From Octopus bimaculoides (taxonomy: Eukaryota), in contig NC_068996.1 of assembly GCF_001194135.2 (NCBI RefSeq), positions 45,814,381 to 45,878,380 on the forward strand: DNA of 64,000 bases, read 5' to 3'. Both the position numbers and the translations under genes were made by a program. Below, one piece after another: positions 36,695 to 50,032 of the stretch; the first letter of the stretch is position 1; each line of letters opens with the position of its first letter. The notes beneath the pieces were generated by a model. That model had not been told where the DNA came from, searched no databases, and was given only the letters and a program-made list of their open reading frames with translations.

Positions 36695-39661
36695 GTTGGT
36701 TCTCATGTGTCATTGTTTGACAACTGTTGTTGGCTCATTTACGTTACTCTAACGAGCGGTTTGGTCAAAGAAACATTAAGTACAAGACTGAAAAATAAGC
36801 ACTGGGGTCGACTTTATTATCTAAATCCTTTCAGGCTGTACCCTAGCTTAGCTGCAGGCCAACGACTGAAACAAATAAAGGAGCAAAAGAGTAAACTGTT
36901 ACTACTTATGCTGTAAATACTCGAAATTGAGGGCCAAACAAACTAACAGCAGGGATGGATTTTCAGCGTGACACAGAATGTGACAAGGTTGGCTCTTTGA
37001 AATACAGGCACTAAATCAGTTTTGTCAGCTGAGTGAACCTGAGCCACATGAAATGAAGTATCTTGCTCAATAACTCAACGAGCTAGCGAGAATCGAACTT
37101 ACGCCCAAACGATCGCGAGCCGAATACGCTAGCCACCAAGCTACTACGCGTCTTCATACACCCCAAAATAAGTTTAGAACATGATAAATTTTTTGCGGGT
37201 CGCTGGTGGTGATGGCGGTGGAGTAGAGAAGAGAGATAATTAACATGGGTTCATACAATGAGAGTAATGTTTTGGATAAAACAAAGTGTATTTAAAAAGG
37301 AACAGAGGGAGACAGATGGAGACAGACAGACAGAAAAAGAGACGAGAATGGTAGAAGGGGAAATGGCTAAAGATCTGAGAACGATTAAGATAGAGATGAC
37401 TGAGAATGGCAATATGAGTCTAAGAGGAAGAGAGCTTAGGAAAACAGTCTTTTGTAGCCAGGGAGCCTAATTGCTGATTCCCTGTTTATATGTTGCCCAA
37501 TTTTCTGATGGTCTGACTGTGATAACAGTATATCAGTCTCGGCCTGGCATCCATGACTCACTAGTTGAGAGATTTTACTTGACGACATGGAAAGTTTGGG
37601 AAATTTAACCTTAACAATAGACATAGTGAATAGTTTGGACTTATATTGAATGAAGCAAATGACGCGCTGAACATGTGTCCCTGGACAGAATACTGTTTTA
37701 TTGTGGGTAATTATACTTGTATCAATAGTTTAGAGAGTAAGATAATTTTATATAAACTACAGGCCGTAAGAAAATTACACCAACGGATTTGAACTCACAA
37801 AGCGTCAGTTCAATATCCTATCAAAAAATCTTTATTTCCCTTCTCGAAAGAATTTTGATAATAAAAAAAAAAAGAATTGTGTGTTTGCGCGCGCCATTGT
37901 TTGTATTTGTCCCGCCCACACAATTTGACAACTGGTGTTGGTCTATTTACGTCCTCAAAAAGAGGCTTATAGAATTAGTTCAAGGTTTAGGGGAAAAAAG
38001 AGCTGATTTGTTTGACTAAATCCTTCAAGGCGGTGCCCCAGCATGGCCGCAGTCTAATGACTTAAACAAGTAGAAAATAAAATATATAGGCACAGGAATG
38101 TCTGTGTGATTCGAAGATAAAAGATATACTGGGATTGATTTGTTCAACTAAAACCCTTCAAGGTGCTGCCCCAGCATGGCCACAGTGCAATGACTGAAAC
38201 AAGTAAAAGATAAAAGATATAAAATATGTTTTAAAGAAAAAGTTGTGGCTGAGGAAAGAGATGTTTCTAAAACTAAATTGGAAACTTCCGTTCATCATTG
38301 ATGTCAAAAGAAGTCCATAAAAGTCGTCGAGAGATAATATCTTCTTTGCAGGGCAGGAAAAATAGTCACAAGAAAAGTTATTATCCTAACATCAGTCTTT
38401 ACTCTTCAGCTGTGTGTATATGTGTGTGTTAGTGAGTGACTAAAGTAGCGTGTGTATATGCATTTATAATATAAGTTACTCTCACTCAATGTATAAGAGT
38501 TAAATCTGAATACACATCACAAAGCATGTTTCAACAGGAAAACGTACACCCTTGTTTACGTACGCACGCTCGCGCGCACACACACATTAACTCTCTTCTA
38601 AGCATCATACAAATATGGGATGATATCAATGACACTACTTAACGGTATCAATTCCATCTGATTCACAACTGCTAGTGATAGACGTGAACTTTCTAGATAA
38701 CAATGCCACACACGACGAACAGTAGTCGGTTAGCCCTTGGGTGGAATGTCTGTCTACCAAATAGTAAGTTTTACCAGTAGGAATAGAATAATTGGAAGTA
38801 AAAAAAAAAAAAAAGAAAACCTCTTTCTGTTGACATCTTAACTAAAATTACTAATCTTACCAGGCCACCTTTAACCCTAACCCTTATTCCCTTTAACGGA
38901 ATAACAGCTTTTAAGTTAGCCACAAGACTAAATTAGATGACGGAGTTAGTCGATAACTTTAACCTCAGTACTAAGCGGGTTCTTTATTCTAATCAAACCC
39001 AGAAGGCTGGAAGGCCTTTGTCTTTCTATAATGCTGGGTTTATCCAACGGCAGCATTTGAACTCGGAACGCTCTAATGATTCTGTAAATGCAATGTTCAG
39101 ATAATAACAACAATAATAATAATCCTTTTCACTATGGGTACAAGGCCTGAAATTTTGGGAGAGGGAACTAGTCAATTACATTAACCCCAGAACTCAACTG
39201 GTACTTAATTTATCATCACCGAAGGATGAAGGGCGAATTCGACCTCGTGGTATTTCAACCCACAATGTAAAGATGGACGAAATACTGCTAATCATTTTGC
39301 CAGGCGTACCAACGATTCTGCCGGTTCGCCGCTTTAATAATGATAATAATCCTTTCTACTAAAAGCAGAAGGCCTGAAATATGAGGAAAGATGGACAAAA
39401 TACCGCTAAGCATTCATCCCGGCGTGCTAACGATTCTGCTAGTTTACTGCCTTAATAAAGATAATAGTAATAATAATGTTTCTAACACAGGAACAAAGTC
39501 ATACATTTGAACTAAGGTATTACTTGATTGAAACTAACCCTTCTGCTTCTGTAAGTCTTTGTGTACGAAGATCGATATAACTATAACGCTGATGACGGCG
39601 ACGATGGTGATAATAATTAAGTTGGATTAGTTATTTTAAACTTAATGTTCTCCTTTTACAG

Positions 39662-39732
39662 CAAGCTGAAAAACGAAATCCACGATTACTCTTGTTCCCG
39701 CATCAAATGAAATCCTTAAACGAAGCAGCAAA
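39662..39732 (+). CDS. INF2: Inverted formin FH2 exon
   Basis: ttctccttttacag acceptor, AA|gtaagt donor. QAEKRNPRLLLFPHQMKSLNEAA(K). Confidence 0.92.
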
Positions 39733-40751
39733 GTAAGTCGACTTAAAATACTAATCTTGGAAAATGTCCTCAAGTTTTCACCAATTAATTTTTGAACACC
39801 CGTCCAATAAACCTAAGTATTTAGAAGGTGATGTCCATTTTTCACTTGGTTCATGCACTATTGTAAATATGACAAAATTACCATGGTTAATAATGTTCAT
39901 GATGGTGATGGTGGTTGTAGTTGGAAGGATGCTATAAATCATGGATAAATATTTATATGGCGCAGGAGTGGTGGCTGTGTGGTAAGTAGCTTGCTCACCA
40001 AACCACATGGTTCCGGGTTCAGTCCCACTGCGTGGCACCATAGGCAAGTGTCTTCTACTATAGCCCCGAGCCCACCAAAGCCTTGTGAATGGATTTGGTA
40101 GACGGAAACTGAAAGAAGCCCGTCGTATATATGTATATATATATATATATATATAATCATAAATATATAGGGATTGACAGTAACCTGCTTCTCCAACATA
40201 CTGAGAATTCAGAAATAGCAGCCAAAGAACTACTGATTCCAATGTCGCATGGTCAAAATTAACGTGAGTTATTTAGACATTAACAAATTTATTAGAATAT
40301 TTAGCTGAAGATCAGAATAGAGTATTCTTTACTCTTAACTGTGAAACGATCGTACTNNNNNNNNNNNNNNNNNNNNNNNNNNNNNNNNNNNNNNNNNNNN
40401 NNNNNNNNNNNNNNNNNNNNNNNNNNNNNNNNNNNNNNNNNNNNNNNNNNNNNNNNNNNNNNNNNNNNNNNNNNNNNNNNNNNNNNNNNNNNNNNNNNNN
40501 NNNNNNNNNNNNNNNNNNNNNNNNNNNNNNNNNNNNNNNNNNNNNNNNNNNNNNNNNNNNNNNNNNNNNNNNNNNNNNNNNNNNNNNNNNNNNNNNNNNN
40601 NNNNNNNNNNNNNNNNNNNNNNNNNNNNNNNNNTCCCTATATATTTATGATTATAAATGGTTTTACCGAAAAGGTTTTTTCATACTGAGCTACCCGGCAA
40701 AATTGTTAATTATTAATTTTATTACTAATTGACGATTCCCTGCCCTGCATA

Positions 40752-40794
<43 letters not shown>

Positions 40795-42105
40795 TTGTGT
40801 GTCTGTGTTTGTCCCCCCAACATCGCTTGACAACCGATTCTGGTGTGTTTACGTCCCCGTAACTTAGCTGTTCGGTAAAAAAGAGACCGATAGAATAAGT
40901 ACTAGGCTTACAAAGAATAAGTCCTAGGATCGATTTTCTCGACTAAAGGCGGTGCTCCAGCATGGCCGCAGTTAAATGACTGAAACAAGTAAGAGTAAAA
41001 GAGTATGGCATATCGCAACCTATCACTTCACGCTTCATATAACTGTCTCTACACAGTATCGATCTCAGACAGCATGCCTTAAAGAATATCAGCAATAGAA
41101 AATGCAACCGCGTAAATGTACGAAGATTCAGACAATCTTGCGCCTTTCATACACCTTCCGTATGTTGAAGCTTCTATTAGTCTGTCTCTCTTTCTCTCTC
41201 CCTCTCATCTGCTGACAGAGACAGAGGGGGAAAGGGAGTGTTGATCTAAAAAACTTGATAGTTGAAACTGGACAGACAGAAACTTAGAATCCTCTCGTAT
41301 GAATTGTATTTGTAGTTCAAAAGATGATCTTTCACATATTCTGTATTATGCTAATTTTGGATAACGATAACATTAAGTGCGCATGCGTCAGTTGAACAGC
41401 CAACAATTCATTACATTATAATTCAAGAAATAGTTTATTCCCATGGAGTGGCTGTGCGGTAAGAAGCTTGCTTTCCAACCACATGGTTCCAGGTTCAGTT
41501 CCACAGAACCCCTACTAGCGATATATTATATGCAAAGAGTGCAGAACGTTGCAGCGAAAACCAGCAGGCAGAGAATCCGCCTGGGGTTAAACTAATAGTA
41601 ACATTCACCTGCCGCTTTGATGTGGCTACTAACTGTACTTTTTAGTGTACGTTACTACTCTATCGTATCTTGAGATTTTATAACTAGTTATTTTGCTTAT
41701 ATATATATGTGTGTGTGCAGCTAAGACTGCAACTACTAGTAGTAAATATACTGTATTTTATTTCAGTGGTATATTTGAACTCTATGTTTACTTCAGACAG
41801 AGGTCATAGTATCAACTTGCTGTTAAGTCGTACATTCAAAGTGATTACATATATCTCTCATAAATGAACTTAGATTACTCTACTGTCTAGGTTCATTCAC
41901 ATCTATTTTATAATACTTTGAATGTCTAAGTTCGGTCGATACAACTGCAAAACTCATTGCTAAAACGCGTGGAATATCCATTAACAGTTGCATGCATGCG
42001 TGCAAATCCAACCTGAAGAGAACAATGTTATTATTCTATATCTTTTGTCAATGCGTGCGTGAGATGACATCTCGTCTTCATTTCCATATTTTTTACATTT
42101 TTTAG

Positions 42106-42226
42106 ATCGTCAATACAGTCCTTAACGGCTGACATTTCAAATCTAGGAAAGAAAATTCAAAATATTACTACACAAGCAGAAACTATGGATGAAGATTTCA
42201 AATTTCAAATGGCAGATTTTTTACAG
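42106..42226 (+). CDS. INF2: Inverted formin FH2 exon
   Basis: acatttttttag acceptor, CAG|gtaaac donor. (K)SSIQSLTADISNLGKKIQNITTQAETMDEDFKFQMADFLQ. Phase 2 in, phase 0 out. Confidence 0.92.
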
Positions 42227-42294
42227 GTAAACAACGTAGGATTTCTTTTTTTTTTATCATGTATATTTTAAGGTTTATTATCAAGGGTGTGAAG

Positions 42295-42600
42295 GCACGT
42301 GACTTAGTGGTTAGGGTATTCGACTCACGATCGAGAGTCGATTCCCGGTGACGCGTCGTGTCCTTGAAGACACTTTATTTCTCGTCGCTCCGGTCCAATC
42401 AGCTAGCAAAAATGAGTTGTACTTGTAATTCAAAGGGCCCAGCCTTGTCACATTCTGTATCATGCTGAATCTCCCAGAGAACTACGTTAAGGGTACACAT
42501 GTCTGTGGAGTGCTCAGCCACCCGCTTGTTAATTTCATGAGCAGACTGTTCCGTTGATTATATCAACTGGAACCCTCGTCATCGTCGTAACCGACGGAGC
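42295..42600 (+). mobile_element. tRNA-derived SINE, family C variant with a different 3' body
   Basis: gtgacttagtggttagggtattcgactcacgat head. Body cagccttgtcaca.tctgt.tca.gctgaatctccc.gagaactac.ttaag recurs inverted at 62215-62596 and partly at 36960-37150. Confidence 0.75.
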
Positions 42601-43376
42601 ACAACTTATCAAGGGTGTCATTTAAGTGAATCAGAGCTTTGGATAGAAATCATGTGTTCAACCTGGCATTTCATCGCTTCAGTGCGTGGTATTGTTAGAT
42701 CTTATTAAATTTCTCTCAAGCACTTTTAGTACTTCATATCTTCACCAGATTATTTTCAAAAAATAAAAAAAAAGGGAAATGTGGTTTTGCATACTAATAA
42801 AAGAAAATCTAGTTCGTTCTTTTTTTTTTTTTTTTTTCTAGAAATTAATGATAAAGAAGTTTCATCAGTGTAGAAACTTTGAAAAGTTTATGTTGGCAAT
42901 TTGAAATAATTCAAATGGTTGAAAGAAATTTAACAAAATTCGGATCAATTTTTTTCTCCTTTCTTTTTGGAGTGTATATTCAATTTAAAGGATTAAGCAG
43001 ATTGTGTTTGAGGATTGCATTATGGACACCGCTTTCGTTTTAATTTACCATGTAAATATTCAATTAACTGAATAATTAAACTCATCGTCCGGACCAACGG
43101 CGAAGCCATCAGAACTTCAAAACACAGTTTGCTGTGATTAAGCATTGGACATTACCGGAACATGTTATGGAAACGTAGTTAAATTCTGATTTTAAGCGTT
43201 TTCAATTTTGCTTGAATCGATCTTTAATTGCCGAATATTATGAATATGATTGTTTGTTTTTCCAGTTTTGTTTTCCTTTAGGACGGTGCTAAATCACTAA
43301 GATTTTTAAAGGTAGAATTTCCTACTGCAATATCTATTTACTTCTTTATTGTCTTCATTCAATTTTTCTTTTCAAG

Positions 43377-43541
43377 TGGGCAAATGGCGAAATGAAAAGT
43401 CTTCAGGTTGATCTTAATATTATCAATGAACTGCAGAAAGAGTTAGCAGATTTCTTCTGTGAAGATGTAGCAACATTTAAGTTAGACGAGTGTTTCAATA
43501 CACTGAGAACGTTCTGCGAGAAGTTTCTGAAAGCAATACAG
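43377..43541 (+). CDS. INF2: Inverted formin FH2 exon
   Basis: tttttcttttcaag acceptor, CAG|gttggt donor. WANGEMKSLQVDL...LADFFCEDVATFKLDECFNTLRTFCEKFLKAIQ, with the INF-type (Y/F)FCED..F.LEEC motif. Confidence 0.95.
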
Positions 43542-43954
43542 GTTGGTTACCAATTTCACTACACAATGTACTAAACTAATAATAATAATTACAATAATAA
43601 CAACAACAATGATAATAATAATAACAATAATAATAATAATAATAATAATAATTGTACAAAATGTATATAGGAACATTCTACAGTGTTCTTATACACATAC
43701 ATTTTCTTTCTTTCACACACTCGCATATATACATTTAGATTTAGCTACTAGAATCATAGTCTGCAGATACAAACTGATTTCCTTAGATTCTTTGGAAGGT
43801 GAAACCTTCCATGGTGACTAAACAAATGAAGCTATTTTATTTCAATTTTGTATAATCTAGTTTGTTGTAACTGAAGTTAAGTATTATTAACTTTTATTCC
43901 AATCTTATTTGATTCAAATCATCAACCACACATTTTGGTATATTTCTTTAAAAG

Positions 43955-44027
43955 GAAAATAAACAGTGGAGCCTTAGCGCAGAACAATCAGAGATGCGCA
44001 AAAAGCAAAATGAACTGAAGAGAGATG
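43955..44027 (+). CDS. INF2: Inverted formin exon, FH2 C-terminal helix
   Basis: tatttctttaaaag acceptor, G|gtaagg donor. ENKQWSLSAEQSEMRKKQNELKRD(E), matching the EN..R...AE..K helix that ends FH2. Phase 1 out. Confidence 0.85.
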
Positions 44028-44175
44028 GTAAGGCAATTATTAAAGATTCTACATTTTCTTAAATTAATTACCTTTGGCTGTGAGAGGTTTACATACTGAA
44101 ATCTTGCCCATATACGCACACACATATATAAATGCGTGTGTGTGTATGTGTGCTAGAGAGAGAGAGAGAGAAAGA

Positions 44176-44465
44176 GGCCGCATGGCTTAATGGTTAGGGT
44201 GTTGCACACACGATCGCGAGATCGTGATTTCAATTCCTAGACTGGGTAGTGTGTCGTCTTCTTGAGCAAAACACTTCATCTTGCATTGCTCTAGAATCAC
44301 ATCGACACCTGACGCGTGGCACACCTGTGTACACCTGTTCAGACAACGTCGATTTGATGGAGGGATTGAGCTAATGTGCGGCACAAACATTTGATCACTA
44401 TAAGCAAATAATTTGTGCAAGTGGATCGGCAAAAAGGTGAACGCTCATACGTGATCATCGTTAGG
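44176..44465 (+). mobile_element. tRNA-derived SINE family C
   Basis: A box tggcttaatgg, B-box-like gatttcaattcc, body cttgagcaaaacacttcat...gacacctgacgcgtg...acatttgatcactataa. Second copy 24277-24555, degenerate copy 20262-20420. Confidence 0.8.
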
Positions 44466-44587
<122 letters not shown>

Positions 44588-45582
44588 ATAGACAAACAGC
44601 TGGTGTCAGGTTAGATTATAACATTCATAAATTTAAATGTGAAAGTTGAGTTATTACAAGAGTAGAGGTTGTAACCAATAAGGAAGTAAGAAAGTTTCCT
44701 ACAGCTGTTTCTAGAAGAGATGCGCAGATGTTACATTTCTTTGCAAACGAATGGTAGCCATCCGTATACTAACGATCTATTCAATTTCCTCACTCCAAAG
44801 ATGGAATTGATCACTACATGGATAGTTATAGTTCGTTAGCATGGAAATGTACTATCTGCATATCACTTCTAGAAACAGGTGTAAGAAACTAACTTCACAC
44901 CTACCTTATGGTCTATACTTCTGTAACAACTCAAACATCATGTTTAAATATATGCCACCATTGTGTAACCAGAGGCCATTTGTGTACCTGTTTGCGCCTT
45001 TATTATACATGTACCTGCTTGATTGAAACAATGCCTATAGTCAAGCACCATTTCGGCAGCTATAACGTCAGTTTTTGGTTCTGGTTAAAACTGAGATTTT
45101 TTGGTAGCAAGTCGATCTGAGCACTGATGCTAAGCAGTTTTTTCATCAGACGTAATGTTGCTTGAATTACATATACGTGTGCACGTGCGTATTGTACATA
45201 CATATATATGTATTTATTTATTCATATGGTCAGATAGTGGGTTCTTACAAAAATGTGAAGTTTCAAATGTGTGTGTGTGTGTGTATGTGTTTTGCATGCT
45301 TCCACTGTAGCCCCGGGTTGACCGATGTAGCGTTGGAAGGGGATTCTGTAGACAGAAAATGAAAGAAGGTATCGTGTGTGTGTGTGCGTGTGTCAGTGTC
45401 ATGTATATCATATATTATATAAAATTTTTAGTAGCAAGTCAACCTGAGCACTACATAATATATATTACATATACATATTTATATATATATTAAATTATAT
45501 ATACTTATTCTTTTACATGTTTCAGTCCAATGACTGTGGCCTAAATTATATATATATATATTACCCACACACACACACACGC

Positions 45583-45626
<44 letters not shown>

Positions 45627-45929
45627 NNNNNNNNNNNNNNNNNNNNNNNNNNNNNNNNNNNNNNNNNNNNNNNNNNNNNNNNNNNNNNNNNNNNNNNNNN
45701 ATATATTATATATATATAATTTGTGTTTGTTTTAATGGAAAAATCAGCTGTTACCACCCAAATATACTTTGGAATATATTTTTAATATTGTTTTTCTCAT
45801 TTTCATTACAACTGTATTTTGTACTCTTTCGTGTCTTATTTATCAGATATTTATATTATATATGTAATTTTTATTTTTATTTCATGGCCTTCTATTTTTA
45901 TTTATTTATTTTTTTATTCTTTTTCGCAG

Positions 45930-48900
45930 AAGAAATGCTCTTGCAAAAGGAAAAGGGTTCTATTGTTGATATGCTGCTTGCTGATGTCCGCAGCGGTTTT
46001 GGTAGCCACAATTTCATCAGTGATAATTCGTCTGTTCGAACATCTGACAGTATAAGTGAAATAACTTCTTACATGTCCAGCGACAGTGAAACTACCCAAA
46101 ATAGTGATAGTAATCAATCGGAATTTATGAATGGAGATAGCAACTTGACAGATGAACCTGCGTCTGATTTTATCCGTCTAGGGTTCGGAAGAAAAAGTAT
46201 GCGCAAATCAAAGCACAAAAACAATTTTCGCTCTAACAGTTCTGACAGCTTATGTACAAGTCAAGGAAGCAGACAAGCATCAAGTGAGAACAATACTGAT
46301 ACAGAAAGTCTTGGCAGCAGTCAAGATGACAGAGCAAGTTTTCGCCGAATGAGGTACTCAAAGGGAAATGACGACGAATTGTTTGAGTATTTGGGCAATG
46401 GATCAGATCAAATAGCATTCAGGAGAAGTTATCATGGTCATCCAAGAAATCAAAAGCGTTTGGTTAGGAGAAACACAAGTATTACTTTTGAACGCGAAAG
46501 AGGGCCGTCTCCAACTATGTTCGACGACTCTATCGACTCCATGAGATTTCTCTTGAATAAAGATAAAGTACCTCTTGTAGACGGAAGAGCCAAATCAGAC
46601 ACTTTAACCACCGCCAAACCAATAAAAGAGTCACTTCGAAAATCGGCGAGCGCTCTAGAAAAGAGAGATATAGATCGGGCAGTGAAAAAAAGGGAAGCAC
46701 TTGTTGTGGCAAAAGAACAACGGTATGACAGAAATTGTCTTAAAAGAACACCCAGTTTATCTACCTCCTATAAACATTACAGTAAAGATTATTATCATGG
46801 TGATGAAAATTCTCAACCTTCCTCGCCAACACAGGTATTAGGGCTCAGAAGCCCTACGAGAGTAGAAAGATCAAATTTACTAAAATCGGCTGGAGATGGA
46901 GAGGATTCGTGTAAAATGAACACGAAACAAGTCGGCAACAGTGTGATAAACCTGGATAAAACAAACAGTGGCGTAAAACCGAAATCTCCGTATGTACTTA
47001 CAAGGGATGAACTTTTGGAGTCAGGTAGTTCATTGGAAAAACCTGTTGACTCCAATATGGTAACTCCAGAACATTATTCATCAGATAGAAATCGCGTTTC
47101 TGTATCTGTTAGATCACAACTTAGTCGGCAATGGCAAACGAACTTAGATCCTGAAAACATGGACTCTATGCTGAAGAAGATGGACAGAATCAACAGTGAG
47201 AAAAATGAAACTGAAACACATCTATCTCCGGAAGAAAAAAGCGAAGCGAAAAGAAAATTAACTTCGTCAGACTCACCTAATGACAAAGACAATAGGTTAC
47301 GTCGTGATAGACGTAAGATAAGACGGAAATTATCAACAGATGAAATCGAAGATGCTTTGCAAACTCACAATCAACCAGTTACATCAACTGCACACAGTGT
47401 GTCCGGAGAAAACTATCTTGAAAATAATTCGGAAGTAAAAACACCACGGTCTCGATCTGGAAGTGACAGCACTGGAGAGAGCGAAAGAGTTAAAACTCGC
47501 AAAGAAGAAAGATCACAAAAGCTAACAGGTAAAAGAAGGTTTCTCGCAGAGCGATTCGGAGACAAAGAACATACTTCGACTGGGCGCTGTCGTAGTAACG
47601 TAGAAAAGGAGTCTGTCGATCGTGCTCTTCAAAATTTAATGCCTCAAGGATCAATGAATAGATCAAAATCCTTTGAATCTGTAGCACGAAAAAATAACAA
47701 TAAATCTAATATGAAAAAGGGGCCAAATAGTGGAAGTACACCAGACACATCTCAGGAGAAGAATAATTTAAGAGGCAATTGCATGGGTCATTTCCCATAT
47801 AAAGGAAATGATGACAGCGAGAATGAAACGCCTGTCGAAAATGTTCGGCATTCATCAAAGAACTCTAGTCGCTTATCGGTGAAATCGACTTCAACCGAAA
47901 CTTTGCAGGCAGAGAATTATAGTGACAATGAGTCAAATAACTTATTTGAACACAAAATAAAACCCAATGCGGAAAATGATGAAACAAATGATAAACGAAG
48001 AGGAACAGAAGAAAAAAAATTAACAGAAGAAATCAATGATAATCCGAGTTTGAATTATTCGGTGAACAACTCTACTGCTACAGTGGAAAGAAGACCTCAC
48101 CGCGTTCATAGTTTGATTGAAAATTCGTCATATCTAATAGACCAGAACACTTCTCCTATTACCTCATGTGAAGACGAAGTAAACCCAACCCTTATCTTGG
48201 CGAAATGGCGTTTTAAGAGACAGGAAAAACGTAGGAGTCAGAGTAGCTGCATAAGTGAAACAGAGAAACTGAAGAATACAGATAGTAGTAATAAACTAGA
48301 GCATGGAGTTTTGATGTCAAATTCTGAGTGTGGATTTAAAAACGAATCCAGTTGTAGAAACAGTGTAGCCTCTGCTTCTGACAAAGATGAAGGGTTTGAA
48401 ACTATGAGCGAGACCATAAGCCAGAGGACTTCAGTTAGTAGTAATTTGGACTTGGAATCTAGCTACGGTACTTCAATCAATTATAGGAAATCAGAAAGTA
48501 ATAAACATCGAACAGAACCTGATTTCATTAAACATGGGACTGAACTTGATAGTACTCGACATAACCTTAAATCTGGAATTATAACTGTTAATAGGGTGGC
48601 AACAGATGTTTCCGAATCAGATGTTCGCAAACAACGGACAGAATCTTGGACAGAATCAACTGTTCGTGTGAATGCTTCAACTTTGAATGAAAACCTATTC
48701 ATAGACAGAAAGGCTAACTTTTCAACACCTTTATTGAAGAAAGGTGGAGATTATTCGAAAGATAATCATTGGAATGATACAATGGAGAACAAAACAAAAC
48801 CACCTTTAGTGAGGCAGTTGTCAGTATCTACAAACACACCCGATAAAACTGTTTCTGACACAGCTGATAAGGACTCTATTAAAATGCTTGATAGTAGCAA

Positions 48901-50032
48901 TGTATCACCTAAGACAACACCAAAGACCGCTAGTATTCCAAGTTACATGAAGAAAACATCTAGCAGTAAAAAGAAAGTAATAAAGGAATCTCTAGAGCTT
49001 CAACCAACAATCAAACGTTCTAGTTTTTCTCGCAGTTCACATCGTTCGGGGAAACATGTTCCAGTCAGCTCACAATTAAACAAGTCTGGTTCAACAGAAA
49101 GTGTGTCATCGTCGCCTCAAAACGAAAGAATTAACCAAACTTTTCTTAGACGGTCAATTGCTGGAACAACTGCAAAATCAACTGCATCTCTTACGTCATC
49201 GAAACTCGGGTTTTCCTCAAATGTTACAAAATTGCAACCCATTTCTTCACCTCGAGCAACCAACTCTCTCAACAGCAAACTCCCTTCGGCCGAATCAAAA
49301 ATAACAAGATCTACTTCTTTTAACAGAAGTCATACATCAAGTTTCATGTCACCTACCGCATCATCAAGAGCTAAAAAAGATCCCAAACAATCTACTGCGA
49401 ATACTCAAGAAAGTATAAATAGCAGTAGCTTATCTAGTACACCTGCATCAAGTACAAAATCAAGCTCGGGTAGTGTCAAACCTTCGCTTGCTAAATCATC
49501 TAGTTTGCCGAAAAGGAAAACAGATTCAAGTAGCTCAAGTTGTAATACAAAGCTGCTTCATTCCTCGTTAAAAACAAATACCCCGTCTCCTTTCTCGAGA
49601 ACAAATAGTATACGGCGTTCTATGGGGATGCCTCGGACGCCATCCGAGAAGACTACCAATCAAAAAGTGAAAAATAGCTCTGCATACGAAGAAAATAAAC
49701 ACACTGATGTTAAAAATAATAATAGTAACATCACTACCAATAACAAAAAGAGACTCAGCAGTACTTCCATGGATAAGGCATCAAACGTAAACGGTTCTCA
49801 CAAATCCCGAATGCCAGTCAAATCTGTAGATTCAACGGTTATAAGTGAGAAAACTGTCAAAGAGCGCAAGCCCCAGAAGACATCAGATCAAAGTTCGCCC
49901 GGAAAAAAATTATCGATAAGTGATAGAGAAATAGATAATGGCGGATTTACAATAAGCGACAGATTTAAAAAGAAATTTTCCAAATCAAAAGACAAGAGTT
50001 ACAGGCGAGTCATTAGTAACATAACAACTTGA
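45930..50032 (+). CDS. INF2: Inverted formin terminal coding exon: DAD helix plus very long Ser/Lys/Arg-rich disordered tail
   Basis: Poly-T acceptor ttttcgcag at 45929, phase 1 matching the previous donor. Open for 4103 bp to TGA 50030-50032. Begins EEMLLQKEKGSIVDMLLADVRSGF (INF2 DAD: VIDALLADIRKGF). Confidence 0.92.

Noticed and set aside
45788-45929. Hydrophobic N-terminus of the 1414-aa ORF, resembling a signal or transmembrane segment
   Set aside because: It is the translated T-rich polypyrimidine tract of the intron. The acceptor at 45929 matches the phase of the upstream exon.
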